Positions 47,160 to 60,225 of a stretch of DNA of 64,000 bases are shown one piece after another. Made by a program: the position numbers and the translations under genes. Positions within the stretch are counted from its first letter, which is position 1; each line of letters starts with the position of its first letter. Source of the stretch: Squalus acanthias (lineage: Eukaryota); the NCBI GenBank assembly GCA_030390025.1, contig JASTWF010000584.1, forward strand, positions 62,001 to 126,000, read 5' to 3'. The notes beneath the pieces were generated by a model that did no database searches, was not told the DNA's origin, and saw only the letters and a list, made by a program, of their open reading frames with translations.

Positions 47160-48082
47160 CCGCCATCATCCTGCCGCATCGAGCATTTAACTGGGGCGGC
47201 TTTGAAGGTGCGACACGGACCTGATCCGCAGAGGCGGGCGACCTCATTGAAATCATTAAATGCTTGTTTACAGACCCTTTAGAGTGATTTTAATGCCAGC
47301 TTCTGAGTTGAAATGCAAGAGCACAGGATTCACGGAGGTCGGGTGCCTTGCCTGTCAGGGGAGACGGAAGCTCAGTGGCCATTGGCGAGTTCATTCATTG
47401 AGAGCTGGGAAAAGCTCATAAATGCTGCAACATTACACCTCATTACTTGCCTCATGGAAAGACCCTTGCTCACTCCATTTTGTCCCCAGATTTAGGTGTC
47501 AGCAGTTTGCAGGTCAGTTTTGAAACCTCGGAAGCCACTCTCACCACATTGCTACTCAGTATCAGAACATTGAGGAATTGGCCCTCTCAGCTCCACTTTA
47601 GCTGCCATCTACTACATCAGCATGGGCGCCGCTTATACTGTCTCATCTTGGTTCCTCAAAATCGGACCAAGATGAACCCCACCATCAGCAGCAGCAGCAA
47701 CAGCAAGCACAACAGCAGGCTTCTCCTCAACGACCTGATGTTCTACAGGAGAGAGGGGGCACCACAGGGCTGCAGCGTACCGCAGGCGATACCCCCAACA
47801 CAGGGTGTACAGGCAGAGGATGAGCTTCCTCAACATGACTGAGCAACAGTGCTTCAGGTGGCTCAAGCTATCGTGCCAGGTTGTCGCAGACATTTGTAGC
47901 TTGCTGGAACAAGACCTGCTGCCCAGAGGTCCTGGTGGGCAGTCCTTACCAGTGCTGGTCAAAGTCACCACCGCCCTCAACCTCTTCATCTCAGGCTCCT
48001 TCCAGGGATCTGCAGCAGTCATTTGCAGAATCTTGCCGTCGGCCGCTCACAGATGCATCACCCAGGTGACCGATGCCATTTT
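47160..48082 (+). mobile_element. Harbinger fragment with transposase N-terminus
   Basis: [17 protein letters not shown]...[16 protein letters not shown]...[10 protein letters not shown], homologous to the 41350-40201 transposase. Truncated against CR1. Confidence 0.85.
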
Positions 48083-48439
48083 TCACATCCCCTCTGAACT
48101 TTCTATATTCAACCTGGTTCACACTTGTATTCTCAATGTGACATCTGTCATACGCACGCTTTTTCTGCTTCATCTTACTCTCTATCTCTTTTGTCATCCA
48201 GGGAGCTCTCACTTTGGTTGCCCTACCTTTCCCCCTCGTGGGAATGAACCTAGACTGTACCCGAATCATCTCCCCTTTAAAGGCAGCCCATTGTACAATT
48301 ACAGTTTTGCCTGCCAATCTTTGATTCCAATTTACCCGGGCCATATCCGTTCTCAACCCACTAAAATTGGCCTTCCTCCAATTAAGTATTTTTACCCTAG
48401 ATTGCACCCTCTCCTTGTTCATAGCTAATCTAAACCTAA

Positions 48440-49258
48440 AGATAAAAATAACAACAGAAAACGCTGGAAAAACTCAGCAGGCCAGGCAGCATCCGTGGAG
48501 AGAGAAAGAGAGTTAACGTTTCAGGTCGATGACCTTTCGTCAGAACTGTGAAGAGCCGGAAATCAAATAGATTTAAGGCCAGAGTAAAGCTGGGAAAAGG
48601 GGGAGGGGATAAAAGAACAAAGGGGGAGATGAAGAGACATTAAGAGACATTAAGAGATATGCAAGGCTAGAGGTGGTGTTAATGTGACAGATTAAGGCTG
48701 AAAGAAGTGTGAAATCCACTGGCAGAATGAAGGACAGCTGCCAGCTTCAAGGAGGAAAAAAAAGGTGGGGGGGTCAAATAAAAGGGTGGAAAAAATAAAA
48801 TATAAATGTGATTGGAGCTGAGGTTATGATCTAAAATTGTTGAACTCGATATTGAGTCCAGAGGGCTGTAGCGTGCCTAAACGAAAGATGAGGTGCTGTT
48901 CCTCGAGCTTACGCTGCGCTTCCGTGGAACAGTGTAATAGGCCGAGGACGGTGAGGTCAGAGTGGGAGTGAAGCGGTGAATTAAAGTGACAGGCCACCGG
49001 GAGCTCGGGGTCCCCCTTACGGACTGAACGGAGGTGTTCCGCAAAGCGGTCACCCAATCTGCGTTTGGTCTCCCCAATGTAGAGGAGACCACATCGTGAG
49101 CAGCGAATACAGTATACTAAATTGCAGGAAGTACAAGTAAATCGCTGTTTCACCTGGAAGGGGTGTTTGGGGCCCTGGACAGTGGGAAGAGGGGAGGTGT
49201 AAAGGCATGTGTTGCATCTCCTGCGCGTGCACGGGAAGGTGCCGGGCGAAGGGGAAGG
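48440..49258 (-). mobile_element. Penelope-like element 3' part with GIY-YIG endonuclease, arm B only
   Basis: FTCTSCNLVYCIRCSRCGLLYIGETKRRLGDRFAEH...GLN (ORF 48824-49153). Absent from the arm A counterpart at about 33980-34020. Confidence 0.9.
48511..48547 (-). ncRNA. Minimal type I hammerhead ribozyme motif
   Basis: Minus strand reads AGTT-CTGACGA-aAGGTC-atc-GACCT-GAAA-CG-TT-AACT: stem I, catalytic core, stem II and a palindromic stem III. Confidence 0.75.
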
Positions 49259-50363
49259 GACACTTGCTCCTCTTGACTCACCTCATTCCCCAGAACGAGA
49301 TCCAGCAATGCCTCCTTCCTGTTTGGGCCAGAAACGTACTGATCAAGAAAGTTCTCCTGAACACACTTCAGAAATTCTTCCCCTTCTCTGCTCTTTATAT
49401 TATTACTATCCCAATCTCTATTAGGATAGCTGAAGTCCCCCATTATCACTACTCTATAGTTCTGCGCCTGCAGCTCTCCAACCTTATTTACCATGCTTCG
49501 TGCATTCATACACATGCACTGTAAACCTGTCTTAGAACTTATTGTGTTCTCTCTTAGTCTGACCCCACCAAAACCGTACTATTTCTTAGTCTAGTGCTAT
49601 CTGTCTCTCCCAATCCTTTGTGCACCTTGTTTCTCCTTTCTGATGCTACATCTTGGTGCCCAACCCCCTGCCAAATTAGTTTAAACCTTCCCCAACAGCA
49701 CTAGCAAATTCCCGCACCCCCCCCCCCGCCCCCGCCGCCCTCCCACCTCCCCCCACCCCGCCCCCGCCCACCCCATGAGGACATTGCTCCAAGATCTGTT
49801 GCGGTGCAACCCGTCCTTCCTGTAAAGGTCCCACCTCCCCCAGAACCGGTCCCAATGTTCCAGGAATCTAAATCCCTCCCTCCTGCATCATGTCTCCAGC
49901 CACGCATTCATCTGCTCTATCCTCCTATTTCTATACTCACTAGCTCGTGGCACAGGGAGTAATCCAGAGATTACATCCTTTGAGGTGCTGCTTTTTAATC
50001 TCTTTCCTAGCTCCCTAAAATCTGCTTGCAGGACCTCATCGCTCTTTCTACCTATGTCAGTGATATGGACCACCAACTCTGGCTGTTCACCCTCCGCCCT
50101 CAGAATGTTCTGCAGCTACTCAGTTACATCCTTGACCCAGGCACGAGGGAGGCAACATACCATCCTGGAATCACGTTTGCGGTCAAAGAAACGCTTGTCT
50201 GTTCCATTAACTATTGAAGCTCCTATCATTTTCCCAATCTTCCTCCTCACTACCACCACCCCCCCATACAGCTGAGCCACCTGTGGTGCCGTGGACTTGG
50301 CTCTGGCTGTACTCCCTAGAGGAACCATCACCCTCACCAGAATATGGGTTGGAGAGTGAGATG

Positions 50364-52166
50364 TGTAGGGGGTGGTGTGCGGGGGTCAGCTTCACCTCTG
50401 ACTCAGTGAGTGGTTCGAATCGCTCCCACGCCCCTAGTTCTAGACCTTGGACTTATTTGGGGGTCGTGAACAAAATTGCAGTAGACAACAGGTTTTGATG
50501 AAAGAACTTTAACTTTTATTCAAGAAAAAGGTAAATACAACACAAACAATCTTAAAACATACTTAATACTTAAACACAGGTTGGGGAACATACGGTGCAG
50601 GCGAGGGAGAATTACAGTTTACAAAACCCCTTATCCCTCCCAATCCCACAACCTAGCTAGGTTTGATTTCAGAGGACCAGGGATAATGCTCACCACTCCT
50701 TGACAGTTCTTGACAGTCGAGGTATTTCACGATTTCGGGGTTCAGTGGGGTTTTAGGTTGTTGGGGCCTGCCGTACCCCAGACGTGGTGGAAGACTTCAG
50801 CTTCACTCCAGGTCAGTTTGGGTCTGTCTGCTGATGCGGTAAGGTGCGTATTGGATTGTACCCAATTTTCTTCCGTTAGAGGTAGGGTTTAGAGTTTTTT
50901 AAGGGAAAATCTTACCCAGGGGTAAGTCAGGAATAGTTTGTAGCGTGGAAACTTGCATGTCTTCGGTTTTTCCTGGTGTTGGTCTTTCGGTGGTCGCAGC
51001 GGCCTGGTTTGCACCTGGTTGGTCAGTGTCGTTGTGTTGGTTGGTTCGTGGGGCCTTGGTTGCTGCGAGGCGTTTGGGAACCTTTTTCCCAGTCGGGTCC
51101 ATTGATGACCCCCCCTTACTGTGGCGTGTTGTCCTTGCATGCCTCGGTACTGTTACTAACTTAAACTGCCTCTCTGGACAGCCTTGAACTAACTTTAAGT
51201 ATAGTGTTGTAACAAATCGCACAGCTTGAACAGACACCATCACAGTGTCTCTCGGGTTCCTTGTGTCTTCTTGCCCGTGGCTTTAGGCCTGCCTGTCTTC
51301 CGAAGGTTCTTCTTGTGACTCATTCCTTGTTGCGTGTGTGTTGAGCCTGTGTGGCTCTCTTTCTTCGCTTTAGGCCTGCCTCTCCTTGCTTCTTGGGGGA
51401 ATAGGCCCCCAATTATACTGTTCAGGTCTATTGTGTTTTTCGCGCCAAAACTGCTTTACTAATCGATTTCACGTTAAAGTGATTTAGATTTCAGTTGAGG
51501 CCTGTTTATCTTCGCGCCAAATCTCGTTTCTTTTGTCTTAGGTTTTGGTGGGCTCATTAAGTCTGATGACTTTAACTTAGTGTTAACTTGTCCTGATGGC
51601 TACCGATGTCTTCCATTGAGACAGGGCCTCTATCTACCTGCCAAATCTCGCTTCTTTTGTCTTAGGTTTTGGCGGGCTTGTTAAACTGTTCCTGTCGATA
51701 CTTGGCTAATCGGTTTTGATGGGATGTTGGGCTATGAAACTGTGTACTCAAAGTTTTATTGTTAGGAAATGTTTTCAGACTTCCAGTATCCTGTCTGGAC
51801 CTGGGGATTTCAAAAGGGGTCTTGGTTTATTCATTTTTGAATGTGTTTGTGATGAGGCTCTTCCTCCTTGGTTGGATTGCAGTGCAAACATCTCCCAGAC
51901 AGCTTGACTTGGTCCCAATAGCCTAAAGCTGTCCACTGCCTCACCACACCCCTTCCCGCAACCTGTGATTCTGTGACTGCAGGTTTACCCAATGGCCCTT
52001 TTTAAAAAGGTATCTTCTCATCCAAAAGTCATTTTCCTCAGGTTTTGTATTTTCCTTCCTTAATTCTTGTCAAAATGTCTTAAAAACTGAGGCTTTGACC
52101 TCAAATTCCTTCATCACCCCCTTTAGGGTTCTATTCGAGTTTCTGGGGGATTTTGCGAAGCCTACA
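50364..52166 (-). mobile_element. 1803-bp solo-LTR-like insertion, arm B only
   Basis: TGTAGG...CCTACA termini and 4-bp TSD GATG. Empty site in arm A near 32587. Minus-strand AATAAA about 150 nt from the left end (orientation is tentative). Confidence 0.8.
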
Positions 52167-54100
52167 GATGCACTCAGGGGACTCCTGCACTGCCTGCCTG
52201 GTCCACCTTGTCTGTCTGACGGTCACCCATTCCCTCTCTGCCTGCACACTCTTACGCTGCGGGGTGACCACCTCCTGAAACGTGCTATCCACTTATCTCT
52301 CAGCCTCACGGATGCACCGCAGTGACGCCAGCTGCTGCTCAATCTCCAAAACCCGGAGCTTGGATTCCTCCAGCTGACGACACTTCCTGCACATGTGGAT
52401 GTCCAGGACATGGGAAGCGTCCTGGAGTTCCCACATGGCACAAGATGTGCATTCCACGGGACTGAGGTGCCCTGCCATGTCTCTACTTAATAGACTATTA
52501 ATTAACTTAACAGAAATAAACTCAAGACTTTAAAAAAAAAGAATCACCGGCTACTCACAAATCAGCTCCTTCCCTTGCGCTGACGTCACTTTACATATTT
52601 GACCTCGCTCCCTGACGCTCGCGCTCCAGGCTCTTGGGCCTTCCTTTATCTGCGGCCACTCCTCTCGCTCTCCCGCAGGTCCACTCTCGTGCCTATGAAC
52701 TTGGAGTCCTTGGGTTCTGTGGCTCCACTCCTCCTTTTCAGTTAGACGTCTCAACCGCCTTCCTCCACTCCACCGAATTCCTGCTCTCACCAAATTCTTT
52801 CACTCTGCAGCTGATAGCTGCTAACTGCGAACTGCCACTGACCATGCAGTTTCATGTATGTTTCAAGACAAAGCCAAATTCCAATCTGATGATTATTTAC
52901 CTAACTTACCTGATACCTGCCAGTAAATTTCTCCTCTCCACCGATTCTTGCTCTCACCAAATTCTTCCACTCTGCTTGCGATCCACTCCGATTGCATTCT
53001 CCCAGCTCTGTCTCCAAGCTCTGTGTTCAAGCTCTGCAACCAAGTCTTCATAATGGATATTAGATCAAACCCATTTATTTCTACCTGTGCTATTAATTCA
53101 TCTATTTTGTTGCAAATGCTTCGTGCATTCAGATATAGTCCCTTTGGCACCCCATTCACCACCTTCAACATTCACTCCCTCCACCACTGGCGCACCGTGT
53201 CTGCAGTGTGTACCATCTACAAGATGCACTGCAGCAACTCATCAAGGCTTCTTTGACAACATCTCCCAAACCCGTGACCTCCACCACCTAGAAGGACAAG
53301 GGCAGCATATGCACGGGAACATTATCAGCTCCAAATAGCCCGCCAATTCAGACACTATCCTTACTTGGAAATATATCGCCGTTCCTTCATCGTCACTGGG
53401 TCAAAATCCTGGAACTCCTTCCCCAATAGCACTGTGGGCATACCTTCTCCTCAGGGACTGCAGCGGTTCATCACCTTCTCGATGGCAGTTAGGGAATGCA
53501 ATAAATGTTGGCCTTGCCAACGATGCCCACATCCCATGAATGAATAAATTTGATTGAGGGATAAATATTGGCCCACGACATTGGGGAGAACTCCCCTGCT
53601 GTTCTTCAAAATACTGGCCACAGGATCTTTCACGTCCACCTCAGACGGCAGACAGGGACTTGGTTTAAAGTCTCATCTGAAAGACAGCACCTCCGACTGT
53701 GCAGCACTCCCTCAGTACTTTCAGGGGCGATTTTCTCAGCCACGAGGAGGAGGTATGGAGGCGGTATGGAGGCAAGACCTCATCAAACTACACAGAATGT
53801 CAGTGTTTGTCAGCTTCACAGAGCTTTCAAACGATGACATTTCTTCTTTCAAAAATTCTTGACAGATGACACGTCATACGTTGACGTGCTCTGCAACCGG
53901 CTTTGCCCTAATTGGCCTGCTGAGCCCGCCAGGCGGGCTTAACAAGGTCAATCAGGGGGAAATCCCGCTAATTGGCCAGAAGCTGATGGAGGCGGGACTG
54001 AAACCCGACAAGTGGGAGTCCCGCCTCCAAAAGCTTCCCATTGAGAAAATCACCCCCGAAGTGTCTTCCTGGATTATGGGGCTCAAGTCTCTGGAGTGGG

Positions 54101-54135
<35 letters not shown>

Positions 54136-54284
54136 TGTCAGTGCACAACCCACTGAGCCACGGTAGAAACTCCATGTCAACGGCGGCCCAGCTTTGAGCA
54201 GAAATATCGTCACAGTGTCAGGACACAAAGGGTTAACGGTTTACCAAGAACGCAAGAAAAAGTGATGTTTTCTCACTAGTTCTC

Positions 54285-54413
54285 TGTTTCCTCATTTGAC
54301 TCACAGTCAACACTTTCTTTATAAATACACAGAGCAGCACAGGAAGAGGTAATTGGTGCCCAGCACTGCGTGTCAGCAATTACTCTCCAGGCGAGCAGTC
54401 GGACAGGCCCTGG
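54285..54413 (+). promoter_or_regulatory. Predicted promoter and non-coding exon 1 of gene B
   Basis: Ets/PU.1-like TTCCTC 54288-54293, AP-1 TGACTCA 54297-54303, TATAAATA 54320-54327, donor ccctgg|gtaagt at 54413. Confidence 0.65.
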
Positions 54414-54643
54414 GTAAGTAACGGAACAATTGTAATTAACTTCCATGACCAACGTCTTCCTTTGTTGGTGTTGTGAGTTTATAAAGACAGATTCCAATGA
54501 TTGATGCCTTCTCAAGATTTCTACTTATTACTGAGATCTGGGCTTAGGGCTGAAGTCTGTTGTGCAGGACATCTTTCTAGTTCAAGGAACAAGGGAAGTC
54601 CAGAGACTTGAGCACAAGATCCAGGCCGAAGCACCCAGGGCTT

Positions 54644-55630
54644 GTACTGAGGGAGCGCTGCACTGTCGGAGGGGCAGTACTGAGGGAGCGCTGCACTGTC
54701 GGAGGGGCAGTACTGAGGGAGTGCTGCCCTGTCGGAGGGGCTGTACTGAGGGAGCGCTGCACTGTCGGAGGGGCAGTACTGAGGGAGTGTTGCACTGTCG
54801 GAGGGGCAGTACTGAGGGAGTGCTGCCCTGTTGGAGAGGCAGTACTGAGGGAGTGCTGCACTGTCAAAGGGGCAGTACTGAGGGAGCGCTGCACTGTCGG
54901 AGGGGCTGTACTGAGGGAGTGCTGCACTGTCAAAGGGGCAGTACTGAGGGAGCGCTGCACTGTCGGAGGGGCAGTACTGAGGGAGTGCTGCACTGTTGGA
55001 GGGGCTGTACTGAGGGAGTGCTGCACTGTCGGAGGGGCAGTACTGAGGAAGTGCTGCCCTGTCGGACAGGCAGTACTGAGGGAGTGCTGTACTGTCGGAG
55101 GGGCAGTACTGAGGGAGTGCTGCCCTGTCGGAGAGGCAGTACTGAGGGAGTGCTGCACTGTCAGAGGGGCAGTACTAAGGGAGCGCTGCACTGTCGGAGG
55201 GGCAGTACTGAGGGAGTGCTGCACTGTCGGAGGGGCTGTACTGAGGGAGTGCTGCACTGTCAGAGGGGCAGTACTGAGGGAGCGCTGCACTGTAGGAGGG
55301 GCAGTATTGAGGGTGCACTGCACTGTGGGATGGGCAGTACTGAGAGAGTGCTAAACTGACAGATGGGCAGTAATGAGGGAGCGCTGCACTGTCGGAGGGG
55401 CAGTACTGAGGGAGTACTGCACTGTTGGAGGGGCTGTACTGAGAGAGTGCTGCACTGTTGGAGGGGCAGTACTGAGGGAGTGCTGCACTGTTGGAGGGGC
55501 AGTACTGAGGGAGTGCTGCACTGTCGGAGGGGCTGTACTGAGAGAGTGCTGCACTGTCGGAGGGGCTGTACTGAGAGAGTGCTGCACTGTTGGAGGGGCA
55601 GTACTGAGGGATGCTGCACTGTCGGAGGTG
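54644..55630. repeat. 33-bp minisatellite, about 30 copies, within DeuSINE 54598-55950
   Basis: Unit cagtactgagggagtgctgcactgtcggagggg. Confidence 0.95.
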
Positions 55631-56144
55631 CCGTCTTTCGGATGGGAAGTTAAAGTGAGGCCCTGTTTGCCCTCTTAGCTGAACCTAAAAGGTCCCATGG
55701 CACTAATTGGAAGAAAAGCAGGGGAGTTCTCCCCGATGCCCTGGGGCCAATATTTATCCCTCAACCAGCATCACTGAAAACCAGACGACCTGGTCATGAT
55801 CACATTGCTATTTGTGGGAGCTTGCTGTGCGCAAAATGGCTGACACCTTTCCTGCATTACAACAGTGACGACACTTCAAAAAGTACTTCATTGGCTGTAA
55901 AGCGCTTTGGGACGTCCTGAGGTTGTGAAAGCTGCTATAGAAATGCAAGTTTTTCTTTCTTAAAGCCTTGTAACTCACTGCAGAGCACCTATCATCCCAC
56001 GTTGAATCAATTTGTCAGTGAAGACATTGACTGAAAGCAGTTTTGATCTCTCGAGCGCTATTGGGCAAGAGGTGAGGTCTCATTCACTCCTTTCTGTTTC
56101 AGGCATTGAGAGTGAGAAGTTGATGAAATATCTGGGAGCGGACA

Positions 56145-56184
56145 ATGATCAGGATATCTTACTGCCTCCTGTCACTTCTCCAAG
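56145..56184 (+). CDS. Siglec-like gene B, leader coding segment of exon 56103-56184
   Basis: MIRISYCLLSLLQ G|gtaat, identical to copy A. Confidence 0.88.
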
Positions 56185-57514
56185 GTAATATCATCGTCTG
56201 CTTGGACATATTTATGGTTAATAGTCTTTGCTCAAGATCATTCTGATTGAGCAATGATTGGGGACCAAATTCAGCAGTGACCCAGCGTAGTAACTCGCAC
56301 CAAGTCGCGTTCACCCATCACCCCACTGCCTGCTGACATACATTTTCCAGTCTGGCAACAATTGGAGGAGCACAGACATCTTGGAGGGCTGGAGGAGGTT
56401 ACAGAGATGGGGAGTGGAGCGAGGCCACGGGGTGATTTGAAATCGAGGATGAGGATTTTAAATTCAAAGTGTTGCCGGCCCGGGAGCCAATGTAGGTCAC
56501 CGAGCACAGGGGGAAACGGATTGAGGAGAGAAGGGGGATAAAAACTGAGGGAAGAAATCTCTCCCGATGCTAGAATTCCGATAGCAAAGTCCTGAAATTT
56601 GTGTCTTTTGCTGATTTTAGTGAGAAGTCGCCCTGAAGGCAACATAGCAGCACTTAGAATAGACAGGCAGTTCAGCTTCCTGCCCATTCTCACCATGATA
56701 GCAACCACTATAAGGGTGCAAAATAACTGAAAGATAGAAAGAAGGCATACCAGGAAATGTATAAAGGTCTCAAATATGCTGAGTTTCTCTGTTTGCCTCT
56801 GATCTGCTCTGCAGTAAAATTTCACAGAATCATAGAATCTTATATTACAGAAAGAGTTCATTCAGCCCATCATGCCTGTGCTGTCTCTTTGGTGGAGAAA
56901 TTCAACTATAGCCCGACAGTGATGATTACAATCCAAGCCAAGGGGAGGTGAGGAGGATTATTTTTACGCAGCGAGTTGTTCTGATCTGGAATGCACTGCC
57001 TGAAAGGGCGGTGGAAGCAGATTCAATGGTAACTTTCAAAAGGGAACTGGATAAAAACTTGAAGTGGAAAAATTTTCAGGGCTATGAGGAAAGAGCACGG
57101 GGTGAGAGTAATTGGATCGCTCCTTCAAAGAGCCGACACAGGCACGATGGGCTGATTGAACTCCTTCTGTGTTTTAAGATTCCGTGATTCCATGATTTAA
57201 CTTCCTTATCAGCAACTCATTTTCTTTCCTGTTAGAATCATGAATATTGCAGAAGAACAGGGAACAGGAGGTGTTTGCCATCATTGTTTAAGGTGGGGCC
57301 CAGTTCAGTTTTAACAAACACGCACTGAGTTCATCTGTAAAAGTCATGAACCCAACACAGCTGCACCTCCGACACATTCAGAGCTCAGGCTAGAGGCGCT
57401 TTGCTGCTGTGCTTCCAAGTGTCTGCTGGAGTCGGGCCAGTGCTGAGCCTGGGGACAAGTCAGTCTACAATACTGTATTGGAATCAACCTACAACAACAT
57501 TGGTTTTGTGTCTA

Positions 57515-57712
57515 AAATAATCCCTTGGACAATGAGGATCCAAAATGATTCCTTAGACAATGAGGATCCAAAATGATTCCTTAGACAATGAGGATCCAAA
57601 ATGATTCCTTAGACAATGAGGATACAAAGAGATTCCTTAGACAATGAGGATACAAAGAGATTCCTTAGACAATGAGGATACAAAGTGATTCCTTAGACAA
57701 TGAAGACTCAAA
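57515..57712. repeat. 28-bp minisatellite, about 7 copies
   Basis: Reverse complement of the 21275-21726 unit. Confidence 0.92.
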
Positions 57713-59429
57713 GTGGGGAATTTTCTGGGTGGGTCAGCAGGCACGATCGGTGGCGGGTCGGGTGGGAAAGTGTGTTTTTTGACAGGAGATCGGGACCCTG
57801 CTGTCAACCCGCTGCCACACACCTTTATCAAATGTCGGGTCTGTCAGCGCTGAGCAGACCCGACACGTAGCGGCGGGGGAGGCAATTCAGGTCAGTATGA
57901 CCTTGTTACCAGAGGATTAACAACAATTTTGAGCTCACCTTTAGAATTTACCAGCTCGCCAGTGGGGTCCACGCTGCTCGTGGAATCATCTCATTACTTG
58001 ACAGCTTGAAATGTGCTATAATAGCTCCCATCTCACAGCTGTTTAATTTCCAAGCTCAGCAGCTGTTGCTTACTGCATTTGGAAGACAAATTCAGCTTTT
58101 TGCAGGTTGCAAGTGTTTGGAGCAAACTCTCTCACCATTGACAGATTGCTTCTGTCATCTCAACTTCACCTGCCATCTATTCCATCAACATGGGAGCCCT
58201 TCATACTGTCTCACCTTGGTCCTCAGCATCCGACCACAATCAACCGCAACACCAGCAGCACCAGGCACACCAGCAGCACGAACAAACACACCAATATTCT
58301 CCTCAATCACCTGATGCTGCACAGGACAGAGGGCTTCAGCACCCGACCACATTGCTGCCCGGGACACCAGGGATGGCCTCACCATCGCCACATTTACTTC
58401 ACTTGATGCTGTACACCCTGGCTGTCACATGATGCGCCAAGGTTGTCACCACCACACACCAACACCATAAAGCATCCCTACAATGTCCAAGCCATTCCTT
58501 TCACACTCATCAGTGTTGCAGGGGGGTGCTATTATGTCTCACCATTCACTGCAACTCACTAAGCCACTTCCAAAGGTGTACACAAATCTGTCCAAGAACG
58601 CAAAGTGTTGAAAATAAATATTTCAATGTTTGACAGCACATTAACAGAAACTTCACATGAAAATTGGCTAAAACAAACAAGTGCCTACCCTTGTGTGTTG
58701 TTAGTTGGTATGATTGGACTAGGATGAGGGTGAGTGTGAGGGGTGGCAAGTGAGATGGGGAAGTGATAATTTAGATAGAGAGGGATGGGTGGAGGTGCAA
58801 GGTAAGTTGGTGTGAGTCAGGATGTGCAGGAGTAGGGTAAGGAAGGCAGAGTAATAGGATGTGATGAGAGGCACAGCAGGATGAGGTTGAGTGTGGCTTG
58901 GCAGTAATGTTTCGTCATCTATTGAGATCATTGGAAGGTTTGAGCCACTGCAGCCTGGTCCTCCTGATGACATCCCTGCTTGTCCCCTCCTGTGCAATGT
59001 GCAACCAGGCTGCGTTGGTCTCCTGGGGAAGTCTCTTCCGCCCATTCGAAGGGAAGAGAACCACCCTGTGTGTTGTGACTCCCTCCATAAGCATATGAAG
59101 GGAGTCATAGGTGAGCCTGGGTGCAGCCATTCACCTCTGTGTAGTGCTTGTCAGTGTTTGCAGCACCTCAATGCACTAGAACACTGACAGTACAGATGCC
59201 AAAGTAAATTTGCGTATGATCCCTTTAAGGAAACCGGCTGATAAGGAAACTTATCAAATAATGTCATCAGACCCGCTTCCTTCAACTGGCCGGCAAACGC
59301 ACAGGGCGGGCGTAATATGCCCAATCAGGGGAAAGTCATGTCGGAGGCTGGTTGAAGCCAGCAGCGAGGTCATGACCTGCCACCGATCTCGCCCGCCAGG
59401 GACCCGCCGAGGTTGGGGAAATCGCGGCC
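57713..59429. mobile_element. Degenerate Harbinger element (mirror of 19524-21271)
   Basis: AAA flanks on both sides and a Myb remnant in ORF 58915-59130. Confidence 0.75.
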
Positions 59430-59856
59430 AAAGTGTGCCAAGCAGACTGAATCAGCCCAGCCAATCAGATGGGTTGCAGACCAAACAAGAAGGTTTTAAA
59501 TAGTGATTCATAATGGAGAAAATGGCGTGAGTTCTGATGGTTTCCAATCCATTGTTCCTGCATTGTAATTCAGCGCAGAATATATCTCCATTGGTGGGTC
59601 TTTTAGGCTTTGTGTTGGGTTGAAGACTTGTTTCACTAAACAGGGTCCTGAGGTCCTTGAGTCAATATAGAACATACTTTTCCACTCCCATGTCCAGGAT
59701 TCCCTTTCATCTGTTGAGTAACCTTGGTGAGTTCCTTGTTTGTCTTGTAGATGGTACACACTGCAGCCACAGTGCGCCAATTGCAGAGGGGCTGAAGATC
59801 GAGTCTAGTGGAGCGAAAAGCCATCCAGTGCTAAATATTGATATTTATCTCCTCAG

Positions 59857-60225
59857 CTGTATTGTCACAAGAGTGGAAAGGCAACACTCCACGAGATGTG
59901 AAAGCACAGGAAGGTTTGTGTGCACAGATTCCATGTCATTACCGTTATCCATCGAGTCTGGCAAACCAACCGCGAGTTGGAATCTGGTATAAAAGTGACA
60001 GATGGAATGCACGGTCTGTAGCCTTTCACTCCAAGGATCACAATCGCGAATCGCCACGGTTACGACATCGGACCTGGCTGTCTGGAGACCTGAAAGATGG
60101 CGACTGTTCCCTGATTATAAACGACATCACACAGCAAGATGCAGGTCCTTATTATTTCAGGATAGAATTTTCTGACAACAAGGGAGGCTACAGCTACAAA
60201 CCTGACACACGGCTTCAAGTTTCTG
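59857..60225 (+). CDS. Siglec-like gene B, V-set Ig exon
   Basis: ctcag|CT GTA...GTT TCT G|gtaagt, 369 nt. GLCAQIPC, DCSL and YYFRIE motifs. Confidence 0.95.

Noticed and set aside
50899-51243. Viral accessory ORF inside the long LTR
   Set aside because: Short, low-complexity and without a recognisable motif. It cannot be told apart from a chance ORF.
59857-60225. Rearranging Ig/TCR/IgNAR V segment
   Set aside because: It lacks the F-strand YYC, has the Siglec cysteine pattern, includes its own G strand, ends in a splice donor and has no RSS.
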